A DNA stretch of 64,000 bases from an uncultured Legionella sp. (GCA_964625775.1 CAZVEH010000003.1:14345-78344), one strand, 5' to 3'. Shown: positions 17,901-28,917, counted from the stretch's first letter. Program-made: numbers and translations. The notes: generated by a model not told the origin, from the letters alone.

Positions 17901-17918
17901 GCATACGTTGTGTGGGTT

Positions 17919-20588
17919 CTATAGGTTTCTCAACACATATTGTAGGATACCACCGTGTTTGTAATACTCTAGTTCATTGCCTGTATCGATTCGACAGAGG
18001 ACGTTGATGGTTTGTTGATGGCCGTCAGCATCATGGATGTTTACAGGTAAAATGGCTCCTGGTTGCAAACTTTGGTCTAATGAGATGCTGATTTTTTCAT
18101 TGCCTTTTAGGTTTAAGGTAAGTCGAGTGGTATTGTCGAGAAACTGCAAAGGCAATACGCCCATGCCTACCAAATTTGATCGATGAATACGTTCAAAACT
18201 TTCTGCAATCACCGCTTTGACGCCTAACAAATTGGTTCCTTTCGCCGCCCAATCTCGAGAAGAACCGGTCCCATATTCTTTGCCGGCAATGATGACCAAT
18301 GGGTGATGCTCCTCTTGATAAAGCATTGCGGCATCATAGATAGGCATCACTGTTTGAGATGGAATATATCGTGTCATTCCCCCGACGACTTCTGGAGTCA
18401 TTTCGTTACGTATGCGAATATTGGCAAACGTACCGCGCATCATAATTTCGTGATTACCGCGACGTGAACCGTAGGAGTTGAAATCTGCTTCTGCAACCCC
18501 TTTAGACGTTAAGTACAATCCAGCCGGGGAGTTTGCTTTGATCGATCCTGCGGGCGAAATATGATCGGTGGTAATTGAGTCACCAAATATACCTAAAATA
18601 TAAGCTGCGTCTATGGCTTTTATGGGGTCGGGTTGTTTTTTCAAATTTTGAAAAAAGGGCGGGTGTTGAATATACGTTGATGTGTCTGACCAGGTATAAG
18701 TACTGCTGTCGGCGACAGGAATTGATTGCCAATGTTGGTCGCCTGAAAAAACTTCAGCATAGACTTTGCGAAACATACTCGATGCTACTTGAGTCATTTC
18801 TTTGGCAATTTCCGCATTAGAAGGCCAGATATCCTTCAAAAAGACGTCACGACCCTCTTGGTCTTGGCCTAATGGTGTATTGTTCAAATCAATGGCTGCA
18901 GTGCCGGCGAGGGCAAAAGCCACTACCAAAGGCGGAGATGCGAGCCAATTGGCACGGATTTGTGGATGGATCCTACCTTCGAAATTACGATTGCCTGATA
19001 AGATGGCGCTGACGACCAAATCATGGTCGCTAATCGTTTGAGCAATAGGCTCAGGCAGTGGACCGGAGTTGCCAATACAGGTGGTACAACCGTATCCTAC
19101 CAAATTGAATCCCAACTCATCTAGATATCTTTGCAAACCTGCGTGTTGCAAATAATCAGTGACTACTTTTGACCCTGGGGCCAAAGAGGTTTTGACCCAA
19201 GGTTTGCAGGATAAACCTTTTTCACGGGCTTTTTTGGCGACTAATCCTGCAGCCATTAAGACTTCGGGGTTAGAGGTGTTGGTGCAACTGGTGATGGCGG
19301 CAATCACGATGTCACCATGGTGTAGTGCATAGGATTGTCCTGCTACAGGGTATGTGGTATCGTGTTCTTGCTGTTTGCCCGTTTCTGTCAATAATTCGGT
19401 AAAGGCTTGCGATAGGGTGTGCAGTGTGACTTTGTCCTGCGGACGTTTGGGGCCTGCCAATGAAGGTTCCACACTTGCCAAATCTAATTCTAATGTATCG
19501 GTAAAGATGGGATCAGCATGATTGGGCTCATACCATAGTCCTTGTGCTTTAGAATAAGCTTCTACCAACTTCACGGTATGCTCATCTCGCCCTGAGAGGG
19601 TCAAATAACGTAATGTTTCTTGGTCTACGGGGAAAAAGCCGCAGGTTGCGCCGTATTCGGGCGCCATGTTGGCTATGGTTGCACGATTGGCCAACGGCAA
19701 CCCAGACAAACCTGGTCCATAATATTCTACGAATTTTCCTACCACGCCTTTTTTACGTAGCATTTCTGTAATGGTTAACACCAAGTCTGTTGCGGTGACG
19801 CCTTCGGATAATTTACCTACCAATTTAAAGCCCACAACCTCTGGAATCAGCATGGATACGGGTTGACCGAGCATTGCTGCTTCAGCTTCAATACCACCAA
19901 CCCCCCAGCCTAAAATGCCAAGCGCATTAATCATAGTGGTATGCGAATCTGTACCCACCAATGTGTCAGGATAAGCGTAAGTGTCTTGACCAATCGTTGT
20001 TTGCCATACGGTTTTACCCAAGTACTCCAAATTGACTTGATGGCAGATCCCTGTGCCGGGAGGAACAACTTGAAAATTATCAAAGGCTTTTTGTCCCCAA
20101 CGTAAAAATTCATAACGCTCTAAATTGCGTCGCATTTCAATCGTGGTATTCTGGGCCAACGCGCCATTTGTTCCAAACGCATCTACCATGACCGAATGAT
20201 CAATGACCAAGTCTACGGGTGATAGCGGGGAAATTTTTTGGGGGTCATCGCCCATTGCTTCTAAGGCGGTGCGCATGGCAGCCAAATCTACCACAGCTGG
20301 GACACCTGTAAAGTCTTGCATCAAGACTCGAGCAGGACGAAACGCAATTTCATGGTTTGAGGTTTTTGTTTGACCCCAATCTGCCAAGGCCTTGATGTCT
20401 TCAGTTGTGACAGTAGTACCGTCTTCAAAACGTAATAAATTTTCTAATAAAACTTTCAAGGAATAAGGTAGCTGCTGAATGCCCTGGAAATGGGTGTTTT
20501 CGGCTTTTTTTAAACTATAATAATGATAAGTTTTATCATCAACGCGTAGTACATCTTTGGTTTGCAACGTGTCTTTGCCGATATTCAT
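17919..20588 (-). CDS. acnA: Aconitate hydratase A
   Basis: 889 aa. [63 protein letters not shown]. Confidence 0.97.
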   Translation of the reverse strand: MNIGKDTLQTKDVLRVDDKTYHYYSLKKAENTHFQGIQQLPYSLKVLLENLLRFEDGTTVTTEDIKALADWGQTKTSNHEIAFRPARVLMQDFTGVPAVVDLAAMRTALEAMGDDPQKISPLSPVDLVIDHSVMVDAFGTNGALAQNTTIEMRRNLERYEFLRWGQKAFDNFQVVPPGTGICHQVNLEYLGKTVWQTTIGQDTYAYPDTLVGTDSHTTMINALGILGWGVGGIEAEAAMLGQPVSMLIPEVVGFKLVGKLSEGVTATDLVLTITEMLRKKGVVGKFVEYYGPGLSGLPLANRATIANMAPEYGATCGFFPVDQETLRYLTLSGRDEHTVKLVEAYSKAQGLWYEPNHADPIFTDTLELDLASVEPSLAGPKRPQDKVTLHTLSQAFTELLTETGKQQEHDTTYPVAGQSYALHHGDIVIAAITSCTNTSNPEVLMAAGLVAKKAREKGLSCKPWVKTSLAPGSKVVTDYLQHAGLQRYLDELGFNLVGYGCTTCIGNSGPLPEPIAQTISDHDLVVSAILSGNRNFEGRIHPQIRANWLASPPLVVAFALAGTAAIDLNNTPLGQDQEGRDVFLKDIWPSNAEIAKEMTQVASSMFRKVYAEVFSGDQHWQSIPVADSSTYTWSDTSTYIQHPPFFQNLKKQPDPIKAIDAAYILGIFGDSITTDHISPAGSIKANSPAGLYLTSKGVAEADFNSYGSRRGNHEIMMRGTFANIRIRNEMTPEVVGGMTRYIPSQTVMPIYDAAMLYQEEHHPLVIIAGKEYGTGSSRDWAAKGTNLLGVKAVIAESFERIHRSNLVGMGVLPLQFLDNTTRLTLNLKGNEKISISLDQSLQPGAILPVNIHDADGHQQTINVLCRIDTGNELEYYKHGGILQYVLRNL

Positions 20589-20601
20589 AATAGACTCCTA
20601 A

Positions 20602-22947
20602 TTAAAATAAACTCTCATCAGAGTTTTGCGAATTTCCAGGTTCTGGGGATGACTCTTCATCCATTGGAGGTAATTCTGTTTCTTTGAAATACTCGGTAAT
20701 GGTGTTGATTTGATTCGGCCTTGCACGCAATCCATTCACTGGATTAATGCCAAGCGAAATGATGCCAGGTGGGGGAATGAGTGTATGCTCAGGTTTGTCC
20801 TGAAGGGCGATTTTCATGAAGTCAATCCATAATGGTAAAGCCAAACGAGCAGCGTACTCATGTAAGGGCTGTGGCGTATCAAAACCAATCCATGTGGTGA
20901 CGACCAAATCTTGATTATAACCAGCAAACCAAGCATCTACTTGCTCATTGGTGGTGCCTGTTTTGCCTGCAATATCCTGACGGTTCAATACTTTTGCTGC
21001 ACTAGCGGTGCCTTGTTGAATCACACCTTGTAAAGCAGAGTTGATTAAAAATGCATTATCTGCTGGGATGACTCTAGGAGCAGCCATGTCAGCACCTGGC
21101 TCTTCTTCTGCACCAGGTACTTCAGTGGGTTTGGCTTGTAACAACACGTAGCCTTTGGTATTCGTGACGTGATCAATCAAGTAAGGTTCAACTTTATAGC
21201 CGCCATTGGCAAAAATCGCATAAGCGGCTGTTAGGTCAATTGGCGTGACGGTCAAACTTCCCAGTGCCAAAGACAGTGCATGCGGCAGGCTGTTTTTTCT
21301 GAATCCGAAACGCGTTGCATATTCAATGGCATAATCAATGCCGATGTCATCCAAAATACGAATTGAGACCAGGTTACGCGAGAGAGTGAGTGCTGCTTTT
21401 AAGCGAGTGGGTCCGCCAAATTTTAAATTATCATTATGCGGGCGCCATTCTGGTTGGCTGGGATCGCGAATCACAATCGGCGCGTCATTGATGACTGTAG
21501 CAAGGGTGTAGCCTTTATTTAAGGCTGCAGCATAAATAAAGGGTTTAAAGCTTGATCCTGGTTGACGCTCTGATTGCGTGGCTCGATTGAATTTGCTTTT
21601 CTCGAAATTAAATCCACCGACTAAGGCTTGAATACCGCCATTGCTGGGGTTGAGGGCGATGAGTGCTACCTCTGCCTCTGGATTTTGCGAAAGCTCGTAG
21701 GATTCATTTTGTCGTTTGATATAGACGATATCACCCGCTTTTAATACTTGATGCGCACTGGAAGGTGCGCGACCTACGTAGCCTTTCTTCAGCTCAGGGC
21801 GTGCCCAGGAGATACCTTCCCAAGGTAAAGTGATGGTTTCGTTTTTTTGAGTCACGGCAGTAGCGCTTTTCTCTTCCACAGAAAGAATTGCCACGGGCTG
21901 TAAATCACCGATTGTATGATATTGCTGGAGTGTCTTATGACGTATGCTAGGCGAAGTTAAAGATGAAATGTGCCCAATAGGACCTCGATAACCGTGACGA
22001 CGATCATAGGCTAGCAAGTGATCTTCGGTGAGTTGATTGGCTGCGATTTGCAGGCGACTATCGATCGTAGTGTATACCTTATATCCTCTGGTGTAGGCTT
22101 CTTGGCCGAAATGATCCACCAAAGATTGACGAATCATTTCCGCTACGTAAGGTGCGTGAACTTGTGGACTGGTCCCATGATAATATTCAATCAGAGGTTG
22201 TTGTAGTGCTTCATCGTATTGATCTGCGGTGATATATTTTTCTTCATACAAGCGTTCTAGAACGTGATCACGGCGTTTCTTAGCGGCTTTAGGATTGATG
22301 ATGGGGTTGTGGGTAGAAGGTGCTTGGGGTAGGCCGGCTATCATAGCCAATTGAGCAATATTGAGTTCTTTTAATTGCTTACCATAATATATTTTTGCAG
22401 CAGCGCCGACACCATAAGCACGGTTACCAAGATAAATTTGATTCAAATATAATTCTAGAATTTTTTCTTTGCTGAGCTCTTGATCGATTTTGATGGCCAG
22501 CATGATTTCGTTAAATTTACGTAAAAAAGTCTTTTTGCGATTGAGAAAGAAGTTTCTAGCGACCTGCATCGTGATGGTACTGCCGCCTTGTGATTTGGTG
22601 CCTGTTTGAATCATACTGACAGCGGCACGACCCAGGCCAAATATATCGACACCAGGATGATCAAAAAACCGTTGGTCTTCTGTGGCCAATAAAGCATGAA
22701 CTAACGTGGCTGGAATTTGGTCATACGTCAGTGGAATACGTCTTTTTTCACCATATTCTTGAATCAACAACCCATCTTTGGTGAAAATTTGTAATGGAAC
22801 TTGCAATTCCATGGTTTTGAGGGAGGCTACATCAGGAAGTTGGCTTTGTGCGTACACGTACAGTACAATCACACAGGTCATTACGACAAATAAAAGACTC
22901 AATAACGCCCAAAGACCCGATTTCCAAAAATACGATAGTTTTTTCAA
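20602..22947 (-). CDS. mrcA: Penicillin-binding protein 1A (bifunctional glycosyltransferase / transpeptidase)
   Basis: N-terminal TM helix. GT51 motifs EDQRFFDHPGVD, GGSTITMQVARN, RKFNE. Transpeptidase motifs SSFKPF, SRN, KTGTT. TTG start. Confidence 0.93.
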   Translation of the reverse strand: MKKLSYFWKSGLWALLSLLFVVMTCVIVLYVYAQSQLPDVASLKTMELQVPLQIFTKDGLLIQEYGEKRRIPLTYDQIPATLVHALLATEDQRFFDHPGVDIFGLGRAAVSMIQTGTKSQGGSTITMQVARNFFLNRKKTFLRKFNEIMLAIKIDQELSKEKILELYLNQIYLGNRAYGVGAAAKIYYGKQLKELNIAQLAMIAGLPQAPSTHNPIINPKAAKKRRDHVLERLYEEKYITADQYDEALQQPLIEYYHGTSPQVHAPYVAEMIRQSLVDHFGQEAYTRGYKVYTTIDSRLQIAANQLTEDHLLAYDRRHGYRGPIGHISSLTSPSIRHKTLQQYHTIGDLQPVAILSVEEKSATAVTQKNETITLPWEGISWARPELKKGYVGRAPSSAHQVLKAGDIVYIKRQNESYELSQNPEAEVALIALNPSNGGIQALVGGFNFEKSKFNRATQSERQPGSSFKPFIYAAALNKGYTLATVINDAPIVIRDPSQPEWRPHNDNLKFGGPTRLKAALTLSRNLVSIRILDDIGIDYAIEYATRFGFRKNSLPHALSLALGSLTVTPIDLTAAYAIFANGGYKVEPYLIDHVTNTKGYVLLQAKPTEVPGAEEEPGADMAAPRVIPADNAFLINSALQGVIQQGTASAAKVLNRQDIAGKTGTTNEQVDAWFAGYNQDLVVTTWIGFDTPQPLHEYAARLALPLWIDFMKIALQDKPEHTLIPPPGIISLGINPVNGLRARPNQINTITEYFKETELPPMDEESSPEPGNSQNSDESLF

Positions 22948-23307
22948 CTCAAATTGACCTCAGTGATTGCAACAAGCCAACACCCTGACAAATTCTACAT
23001 TATAAACGTTGAACCATACGTTGCAACCTTATTTGGTTCGTACGGACGAAAAAACACCGAACCATGCGTACCCGGCTTTTCAATGATCAGAATTCACCAT
23101 TATTAATGGGTGAATTTGATCATATTCGTGCTAGAAATTCAAAACATATTCATCATGGTATGATCTTGCCCTGAGAGTCGATGAGGTTGACTTTGCATTA
23201 TTTTAATATTTTGACTATGATAATAATCGGACTATGCTTCAATTTTTAGTGATAATTATAATTTAAGGATAAGGACGATGAAAAAAAATATATGGAAATT
23301 AGTGTGA

Positions 23308-23598
23308 TTGATTACTGCTGCGGCACTGGCTGTCTGTTGTACAGTGGCTAACGCTGATGTTAGCCTCTCCTGCTCGAATTACAATCTCTCGGATAGCAAA
23401 TACCATAAATGTGGTTGCTCATCAAAATCTATATCACATGACTATGGAGACTCTCATGCAGGCGGGTGCGCGTGCGCGCTTGACGACCGTGGGAATAACA
23501 CTAGCAGTGCAACTTGGTCATGCCAGGCAGGAAAGAATGGGAAATCTGACTGTCGGTGTGTGGTAAACACCGGGGTTAATTGCGACTCCCACTGTTAG
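23308..23598 (+). CDS. Small secreted Cys-rich protein, paralog A. The TTG start at 23308 is preceded in frame by ATG(23278)-MKKNIWKLV-TGA, so it may be a nonsense-interrupted gene.
   Basis: LITAAALAVCCTVANA|DVSLSC... is the h- and c-region of a signal peptide. The positively charged n-region and an AAGGA SD lie upstream of an in-frame TGA at 23305-23307. The mature part has 10 Cys. Confidence 0.5.
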   Translation: MITAAALAVCCTVANADVSLSCSNYNLSDSKYHKCGCSSKSISHDYGDSHAGGCACALDDRGNNTSSATWSCQAGKNGKSDCRCVVNTGVNCDSHC

Positions 23599-23694
23599 GG
23601 AAAAGCTATTCTCAAGTTGTTATGTAAGCACTTCTTCAAGTTTAATGAGTATGTTGTACAATTTTTTGTTAATTCACTTCTATAAAATTTAAGA

Positions 23695-23723
23695 AGGTAA
23701 GACCATTTATAATGGTCTTACCT
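23695..23723 (+). terminator. Perfect 13-bp stem hairpin about 100 nt downstream of Cys-rich gene A
   Basis: aggtaagaccatt-tat-aatggtcttacct. No U tract, so terminator function is uncertain. Confidence 0.35.
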
Positions 23724-23898
23724 GGATGATGTATTGGTGTCATGCAAATTTTGAGACTTTAGTTGGAATTGATATCTAAAGTAGGCACGACTTTTTTGGC
23801 CTTTGGCTAAGATTATAATTAAAAATATTGCTTCAAGCTTACTCATGGACCTACGCTACTTGACAGGGCTACCGCACGTGGTGCTTAAAAAACATCAT

Positions 23899-23970
23899 GT
23901 AGGGCGCGTGCCCGCCATTGTGCCTGAATCTGGTGGGCACGTCGCTGGCGCTCCTTTACCCACCGTACAT
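23899..23970. repeat. REP-like GC-rich imperfect palindrome (GTGCCC.CC type)
   Basis: tgtagggcgcgtgcccgcc ... ggtgggcacgtcgctggcgctcctttacccaccgtaca. It stands out as GC-rich within AT-rich non-coding DNA and accounts for the spurious ORF 23885-24088. Confidence 0.4.
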
Positions 23971-24328
23971 GTTTTATGCTAAATGAAGCGACCAAATATC
24001 TCGTGCTTGATTTTGAAGCACACATGCGCGCTTGCCCTGCGCTACTTGATTTTCCCCTGATTTTTTGGATACCCTGTAATATAATCACTTTTCATTAATA
24101 AGCGGTAATAGATATTCAATCCAAGTTTTAGTCAAGAAGAACGAAGAATAAATTATTTCAATTTCGCTGATTAGCTGGTGAGAGAAAATAAATTCACTGT
24201 ATGCTCAATAGAAAAAATACTAGAAATTCCTCGTGTTAATCCATACCATACAGACTTTAAAAAACTTTATGGAACCGAACTTACGCAATGACTTCCAGAT
24301 GTTTTTTATAAGGCCGCTTCGTATCTCA

Positions 24329-24730
24329 ATGCATACCAAGAAAATTTTATGGCTCTTGCTTCATGGATTTTTTCCATTGGTCCTTCAGGCCAAATCACTC
24401 TCTTACATTAAGATTACGGGGATTACGAATGAGCCATTGATAAACACAGAAAATCGGTTAAGTGATCTTTATAAGGACAAATCTATTTTTCAGGAGTCTA
24501 CTGACGCGTTACGTTTACAAATTGCAACAGCACTCAAACCTTATGGCTATTTTAAGCCTGATATTACTATCCATACGGATCAAACAAAACATACGGTTGA
24601 TATTGATGTGAGACTTGGACCGCCGTTGCGTATCACGACCTGTAGTATTCTGGTTTTAGGCGAAGGTGTGCAAAATGCGGAAATTCAGAGGGTGCGACAT
24701 CAGCTGCCTATCAAGGTTGATCTCCCCTGA
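24329..24730 (+). pseudogene. tamA: N-terminal fragment (133 aa of an expected roughly 570) of a TamA / Omp85-family translocation-assembly protein
   Basis: MHTKKILWLLLHGFFPLVLQA is a signal peptide. It is followed by a POTRA-like segment: ITGITNEPL..N...L ... ATALKPYGYFKPDITIH ... VDIDVRLGPPLRI ... LVLGEGVQN. The ORF stops abruptly and no barrel domain follows. Confidence 0.6.
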
Positions 24731-24869
24731 TAACCCTGTATCTTATCTCAAGGGCTGCGAGAAATGGCGTGTGTGCAGTTGTGTTTTATTTTCATTCAAT
24801 TGAATTTGCATTACCTCATTAAACAAACTAGAATAAGTAGTAATAAAGTATTACTTTAAGGTTTTTATC

Positions 24870-25112
24870 ATGAGCGTTGCCAAAATTGCAATATCAATGG
24901 ACGATCAATTACTCACAAAACTCGATCAATTTATTGCTCAAAAAAAATTTAAAACACGCAGCCAAGCCATTCAAATGGCCGTCCGTGAAACCATTCTACG
25001 CTTGGATCATGAGTGTTTAATTCATGCCTGTGCTCAATTGGATTCAACATATGAACAAACAGTCGCAGACGAAGGACTAGAACAGGATAGCAATGAATGG
25101 CCAGAATTTTAA
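24870..25112 (+). CDS. Ribbon-helix-helix (CopG-like) antitoxin
   Basis: MSVAKIAISMDDQLLTKLDQFIAQKKFKTRSQAIQMAVRE has an RHH pattern. 80 aa. Overlaps the toxin gene by 16 nt. Confidence 0.8.
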   Translation: MSVAKIAISMDDQLLTKLDQFIAQKKFKTRSQAIQMAVRETILRLDHECLIHACAQLDSTYEQTVADEGLEQDSNEWPEF

Positions 25113-25432
25113 GAGGTGATGTTGTATGGGCGAACTTAAACCCTACAACAGGACACGAACAATCAGGGCATCGTCCTGTGTTAATTTTAAGTCATGATAT
25201 TTTTAATGAAAAATCAGGCACCGTTATTGCCGTTGTCATCACCAGCCAACCACAAAAAGCGGGCTTTCCTTTAACATTACAATTACGTGATAAACTAACG
25301 CATAAAACAGCGTGGGTTAAAATAAGTCAAATTCGAACATTGTCCACACTAAGATTAGGGAAGGCCATAGGGCGTGTTACGGATGATGAACTTCAAAACG
25401 TATTGGATGGATTAAATCGCATTCTGAATTGA
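25097..25432 (+). CDS. mazF: PemK/MazF-family type II toxin (endoribonuclease)
   Basis: RGDVVWANLNPTTGHEQSGHRPVLILS ... VIAVVITSQ ... KISQIRTLS is the classic MazF/PemK signature. 111 aa. Confidence 0.85.
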   Translation: MARILRGDVVWANLNPTTGHEQSGHRPVLILSHDIFNEKSGTVIAVVITSQPQKAGFPLTLQLRDKLTHKTAWVKISQIRTLSTLRLGKAIGRVTDDELQNVLDGLNRILN

Positions 25433-25515
25433 GCAACATGCTTGATAACCCTCTCTCGTCAATCCTCTCCCCACGCGCAGTGGAAAGCAGGGTATTGGCG
25501 GTACCTGGGGTACGT

Positions 25516-26121
25516 TTATTGGTGGCAATCGTTGGCTTGTTTCAGATAATCGCGATGCAGGCGTAATACGTTTTTTTGTAAAGCTTCGAAGCTGCCAGTG
25601 TTCATCAGGATATCATCCGCTACCGCTCGATACACGGATTCACTCGCCTGGGTTTGTAATATGTGAGTTGCATGATGCGCTGAGCTCTGGTCGCGTTGGA
25701 TGATACGTTCAATTTGTAGAGCAGGATCAGCCAAAATTAATAAGATGCGATTCAAATACGCATAATCCTTTTTATTCGTCAATAAAGGGATTTCAATCAT
25801 GTAATAAACACTGGGTGGCGTTTGAATCATAGTTTCAATCTCTTTTCGAATCAAAGGATGCAGCAACTGTTCTAACCATATACGTTCTTTAGGATGCTGG
25901 ATGATATGCTCGCGTAGGTGTGATCGTTTGAGATTTCCGGTGTCATCCAGCATGGATTGGCCAAAATGTGCGATGATCTGTACTAATGCGGGTTGCCCAG
26001 CTGCAGTGAGTTGTTTGGCAATCAGATCAGCATTGATAAGGTCAACGCCAAGAGCAGCAAACAAAGAAGCCACGGTTGATTTTCCGCTGGCAATTGATCC
26101 TGTCAAGCCTACACAGTACAT
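25516..26121 (-). CDS. coaE: Dephospho-CoA kinase
   Basis: MYCVGLTGSIASGKSTV has a P-loop. About 200 aa. Overlaps the bioA 3' end by 13 nt. Confidence 0.9.
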   Translation of the reverse strand: MYCVGLTGSIASGKSTVASLFAALGVDLINADLIAKQLTAAGQPALVQIIAHFGQSMLDDTGNLKRSHLREHIIQHPKERIWLEQLLHPLIRKEIETMIQTPPSVYYMIEIPLLTNKKDYAYLNRILLILADPALQIERIIQRDQSSAHHATHILQTQASESVYRAVADDILMNTGSFEALQKNVLRLHRDYLKQANDCHQ

Positions 26122-27440
26122 ACATCCCTCGCTAATACCTTTTGAATTGCTTTATAGGTGATATCTGCAAGTTGGTCAATCGTAGTGTGAGAGGTATTGA
26201 GGGGTGGGAACCAATACAACGTCTTGTCGATTGGGCGTAAGAGTGCGCCGTATTCTTGAGCCGCCTTTGCCAGCGCTCGACTGAAATTGGGGTGTATGCC
26301 TGAGAAATCAGCGGCCACAATGGCGCCTAAAGTACGGCTGGGCGTGAAGTATCCCGTCGCAGTGATGACTTCATTGAAGCGCTGATGCATATAGGCACCT
26401 AAATCACGTGCTTGCTGATTGATGTCTTCTGTTCGCATTGTTTGTACCGTAGCTAGCGCTGCCGCAATACCCAAAGGATTACCGCTATAGGTGTGAGAAT
26501 GCAAAAAGCATCGTTTGGGATCCTCTTCGTGATAAAACAATTCAAAAATATCGTGGTCAATCAATACGCAGCTTAAAGGCACGGTGCCTGAGGTCAGCCC
26601 TTTTGAGAGACAAATCATGTCAGGATCAATGTTCGCATGGTGACTAGCCAGCCATTCTCCTGTTCGTCCTAAGCCAGTCATAATTTCATCAGCAATCACA
26701 TAGATGTCATGCTGTTTGGCAAAATCTACCAGTTTTTTTAGAAAATCAGCACTGTAGGGCCGTAATCCATTTGCACCTTGAATGACAGGTTCTAAAATGA
26801 TGGCACAGACTTGATGTTTTAATGCATCCAGTTGGGGTAAAAACTGTGACCAACACGCATGTGCGTTGTTCCATAAAGGATCTTGGCAGTTATTGACGTA
26901 GGGTATGGGATCTAGAAAATGACAGTTTACACCAAATGATGCCCAAGCATCTTTATACATACCCATGTCAGTAACGCTGAGTGCACCCAATGTTTCTCCG
27001 TGATAGGCGTGGCGTAAAGCAACGAATTGATTGCGTTGACGTTGGCCTTTGAGCGCGGTGGCTTGAATGGCTAATTTTAAAGCGATTTCGACGGCAGATG
27101 AACCATCGCTCGCAAAAAAAACATGTTGCTTCCCGCTGATGGCTGTTAATTCTTCCGCTAAGGCTACAATATTGGGATGAGTGGTGTTGGCTGAAATGAC
27201 GTGCTCAAAGTGCTGAAGTTGCTGTTGGATGGCGGCTATAACAGCTGGATGCCCATGCCCCAAGGACTTACACCACCAGCTTGAAATACCATCAATCAAT
27301 TGTCCTTGATCAGTTTCTAAATAACTGCCCTTTGCACGGGTGATGATCAAAGGCGGATCTTGTACAAGATTTTTCATAATAGTGCAAGGGTGCCAAACAT
27401 GGTTCAAATCTTTGGCAATCAAGAGATCTGATGTGCGCAT
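26109..27440 (-). CDS. bioA: Adenosylmethionine-8-amino-7-oxononanoate aminotransferase
   Basis: DLNHVWHPCT, WWCKSLGHGHP, FFASDGSSAVEIALK, DEIMTGLGRTG, LSKGLT. Divergent from bioB. Confidence 0.93.
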   Translation of the reverse strand: MRTSDLLIAKDLNHVWHPCTIMKNLVQDPPLIITRAKGSYLETDQGQLIDGISSWWCKSLGHGHPAVIAAIQQQLQHFEHVISANTTHPNIVALAEELTAISGKQHVFFASDGSSAVEIALKLAIQATALKGQRQRNQFVALRHAYHGETLGALSVTDMGMYKDAWASFGVNCHFLDPIPYVNNCQDPLWNNAHACWSQFLPQLDALKHQVCAIILEPVIQGANGLRPYSADFLKKLVDFAKQHDIYVIADEIMTGLGRTGEWLASHHANIDPDMICLSKGLTSGTVPLSCVLIDHDIFELFYHEEDPKRCFLHSHTYSGNPLGIAAALATVQTMRTEDINQQARDLGAYMHQRFNEVITATGYFTPSRTLGAIVAADFSGIHPNFSRALAKAAQEYGALLRPIDKTLYWFPPLNTSHTTIDQLADITYKAIQKVLARDVCTV

Positions 27441-27519
27441 GGTTTTTCGAAAGTCCTGTTGACAAATTGAGTAGGAACTTTATCATGTTTAGCACTTATA
27501 AAACACCGGTGGTACTTTA

Positions 27520-28470
27520 ATGACTTTATCGCAGCGATGGACTGAAGCTCAAGTAACAGAGATATATACGCTTTCATTCCCTGATTTGTTGTATCGGGCG
27601 CACACAATTCATCGTGAGCATCACGATCCTTCGGCCATTCAATTGGCACAATTATTGAGTATCAAAACGGGTGCCTGTCCTGAAGATTGTGGTTATTGCT
27701 CGCAAAGCGGTCATCATTCGACAAAGGTGGAAAAGGAAAGTTTAATGTCAGTGGAAGATGTACTGCAAAAAGCCCAGGAAGCCAAAGCCAATGGTGCGAC
27801 ACGTTTTTGCATGGGCGGCGCTTGGCGTAGTCCTCCGGAAAAAGCAATGCCGGCATTGGCTGACATGATCAAAGGGGTAAAGGATATGGGTTTGGAAACC
27901 TGCATGACCTTAGGCATGCTGTCTCAAACACAAGCCGAAACCCTGAAAACCGCAGGTTTAGACTATTACAATCACAATATTGATACCTCACCAAGCTATT
28001 ACGACAAAGTGATCACCACGCGTACGTTTGGTGATCGCTTAGAAACATTGGAGCGTGTACGCCAAGCTGGCATTTCTGTTTGTTGTGGGGGGATTTTGGG
28101 TCTTGGCGAAACTCGCGAGGATCGCATAGAGTTTTTATTGACTTTGGCCAATTTGGAAACTCCGCCAGAAAGTGTCCCCATCAATCGATTGATTCCTGTT
28201 GAGGGAACACCTTTGGCCAATGCTCAGCAAGTCGAGGGGATCGAATTGGTACGCACTGTTGCAACAGCACGTATTTTAATGCCTACCTCCGCAGTACGAT
28301 TGACGGCAGGACGTACAGAGATGAGTGATGAGTTGCAGGCGTTGTGTTTTTTTGCAGGCGCAAATTCGATTTTTATCGGTAATAAACTATTGACCGAAGC
28401 AAACCCGCAAATGGACAAAGATGAACAATTATTCCATAAACTGGGTGTGAAGGCTTGTGTTGCTGGATGA
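27520..28470 (+). CDS. bioB: Biotin synthase
   Basis: Radical-SAM motif [38 protein letters not shown]. Confidence 0.96.
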   Translation: MTLSQRWTEAQVTEIYTLSFPDLLYRAHTIHREHHDPSAIQLAQLLSIKTGACPEDCGYCSQSGHHSTKVEKESLMSVEDVLQKAQEAKANGATRFCMGGAWRSPPEKAMPALADMIKGVKDMGLETCMTLGMLSQTQAETLKTAGLDYYNHNIDTSPSYYDKVITTRTFGDRLETLERVRQAGISVCCGGILGLGETREDRIEFLLTLANLETPPESVPINRLIPVEGTPLANAQQVEGIELVRTVATARILMPTSAVRLTAGRTEMSDELQALCFFAGANSIFIGNKLLTEANPQMDKDEQLFHKLGVKACVAG

Positions 28471-28912
28471 TGAGTATTGGATGCATCAGGCCCTCGATCT
28501 GGCGCGACAAGCGTGGGATGAAGGTGAGGTGCCTGTAGGTGCTGTACTCATTGATGAGCAACAGCATTTATTAGGATCTGGGTACAATCAAGTGATTCAA
28601 CGCCATGATCCTACGGCGCACGCAGAATTGCTTGCATTGCGGGGTGCAGGCGCGTCGATGAATAATTATCGTTTGAACCACACCACACTGTATGTGACCT
28701 TGGAGCCCTGTTGTATGTGCGCGGGTGCTTTAGTGCATGCGCGTTTGAAACGTTTGGTCTTTGGCGCCTTTGATCCTAAAACAGGGGCAGCGGGTTCAGT
28801 ATTTGATATTTTGACGAGTGATACTTTGAATCACCGTGTCGCTGTCGCAGGGGGATGTTTGGAAGACGCATGCAGTTCCATGCTCAAGCGTTTTTTCAAA
28901 GAACGGCGTTAA
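28457..28912 (+). CDS. tadA: tRNA adenosine(34) deaminase
   Basis: [44 protein letters not shown] (CMP/dCMP deaminase zinc site). GTG start overlapping bioB. Confidence 0.9.
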   Translation: MLLDDEYWMHQALDLARQAWDEGEVPVGAVLIDEQQHLLGSGYNQVIQRHDPTAHAELLALRGAGASMNNYRLNHTTLYVTLEPCCMCAGALVHARLKRLVFGAFDPKTGAAGSVFDILTSDTLNHRVAVAGGCLEDACSSMLKRFFKERR

Positions 28913-28917
28913 ACTTA

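Noticed and set aside
23305..23307. TGA read as Trp (genetic code 4) or selenocysteine
   Set aside because: TGA terminates well-conserved genes in this window at the expected protein ends (tsf, alr, the mdfA-like gene). A Sec codon inside a signal peptide makes no biological sense, and I see no SECIS-like hairpin immediately downstream.
23885..24088. 67-aa minus-strand ORF
   Set aside because: It lies entirely over the GC-rich REP-like palindrome. Its Arg/Ala/Gln-rich translation is typical of repeat read-through, and it has no SD.
24728..25452. TA cassette as a transposon using the same machinery as the 175-bp MITE (both have 10-bp flanking repeats)
   Set aside because: There are no terminal inverted repeats or CAGGG termini inside the 10-bp repeats, and no transposase. 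The shared repeat length is probably coincidental. The direct repeat itself is kept as an observation.
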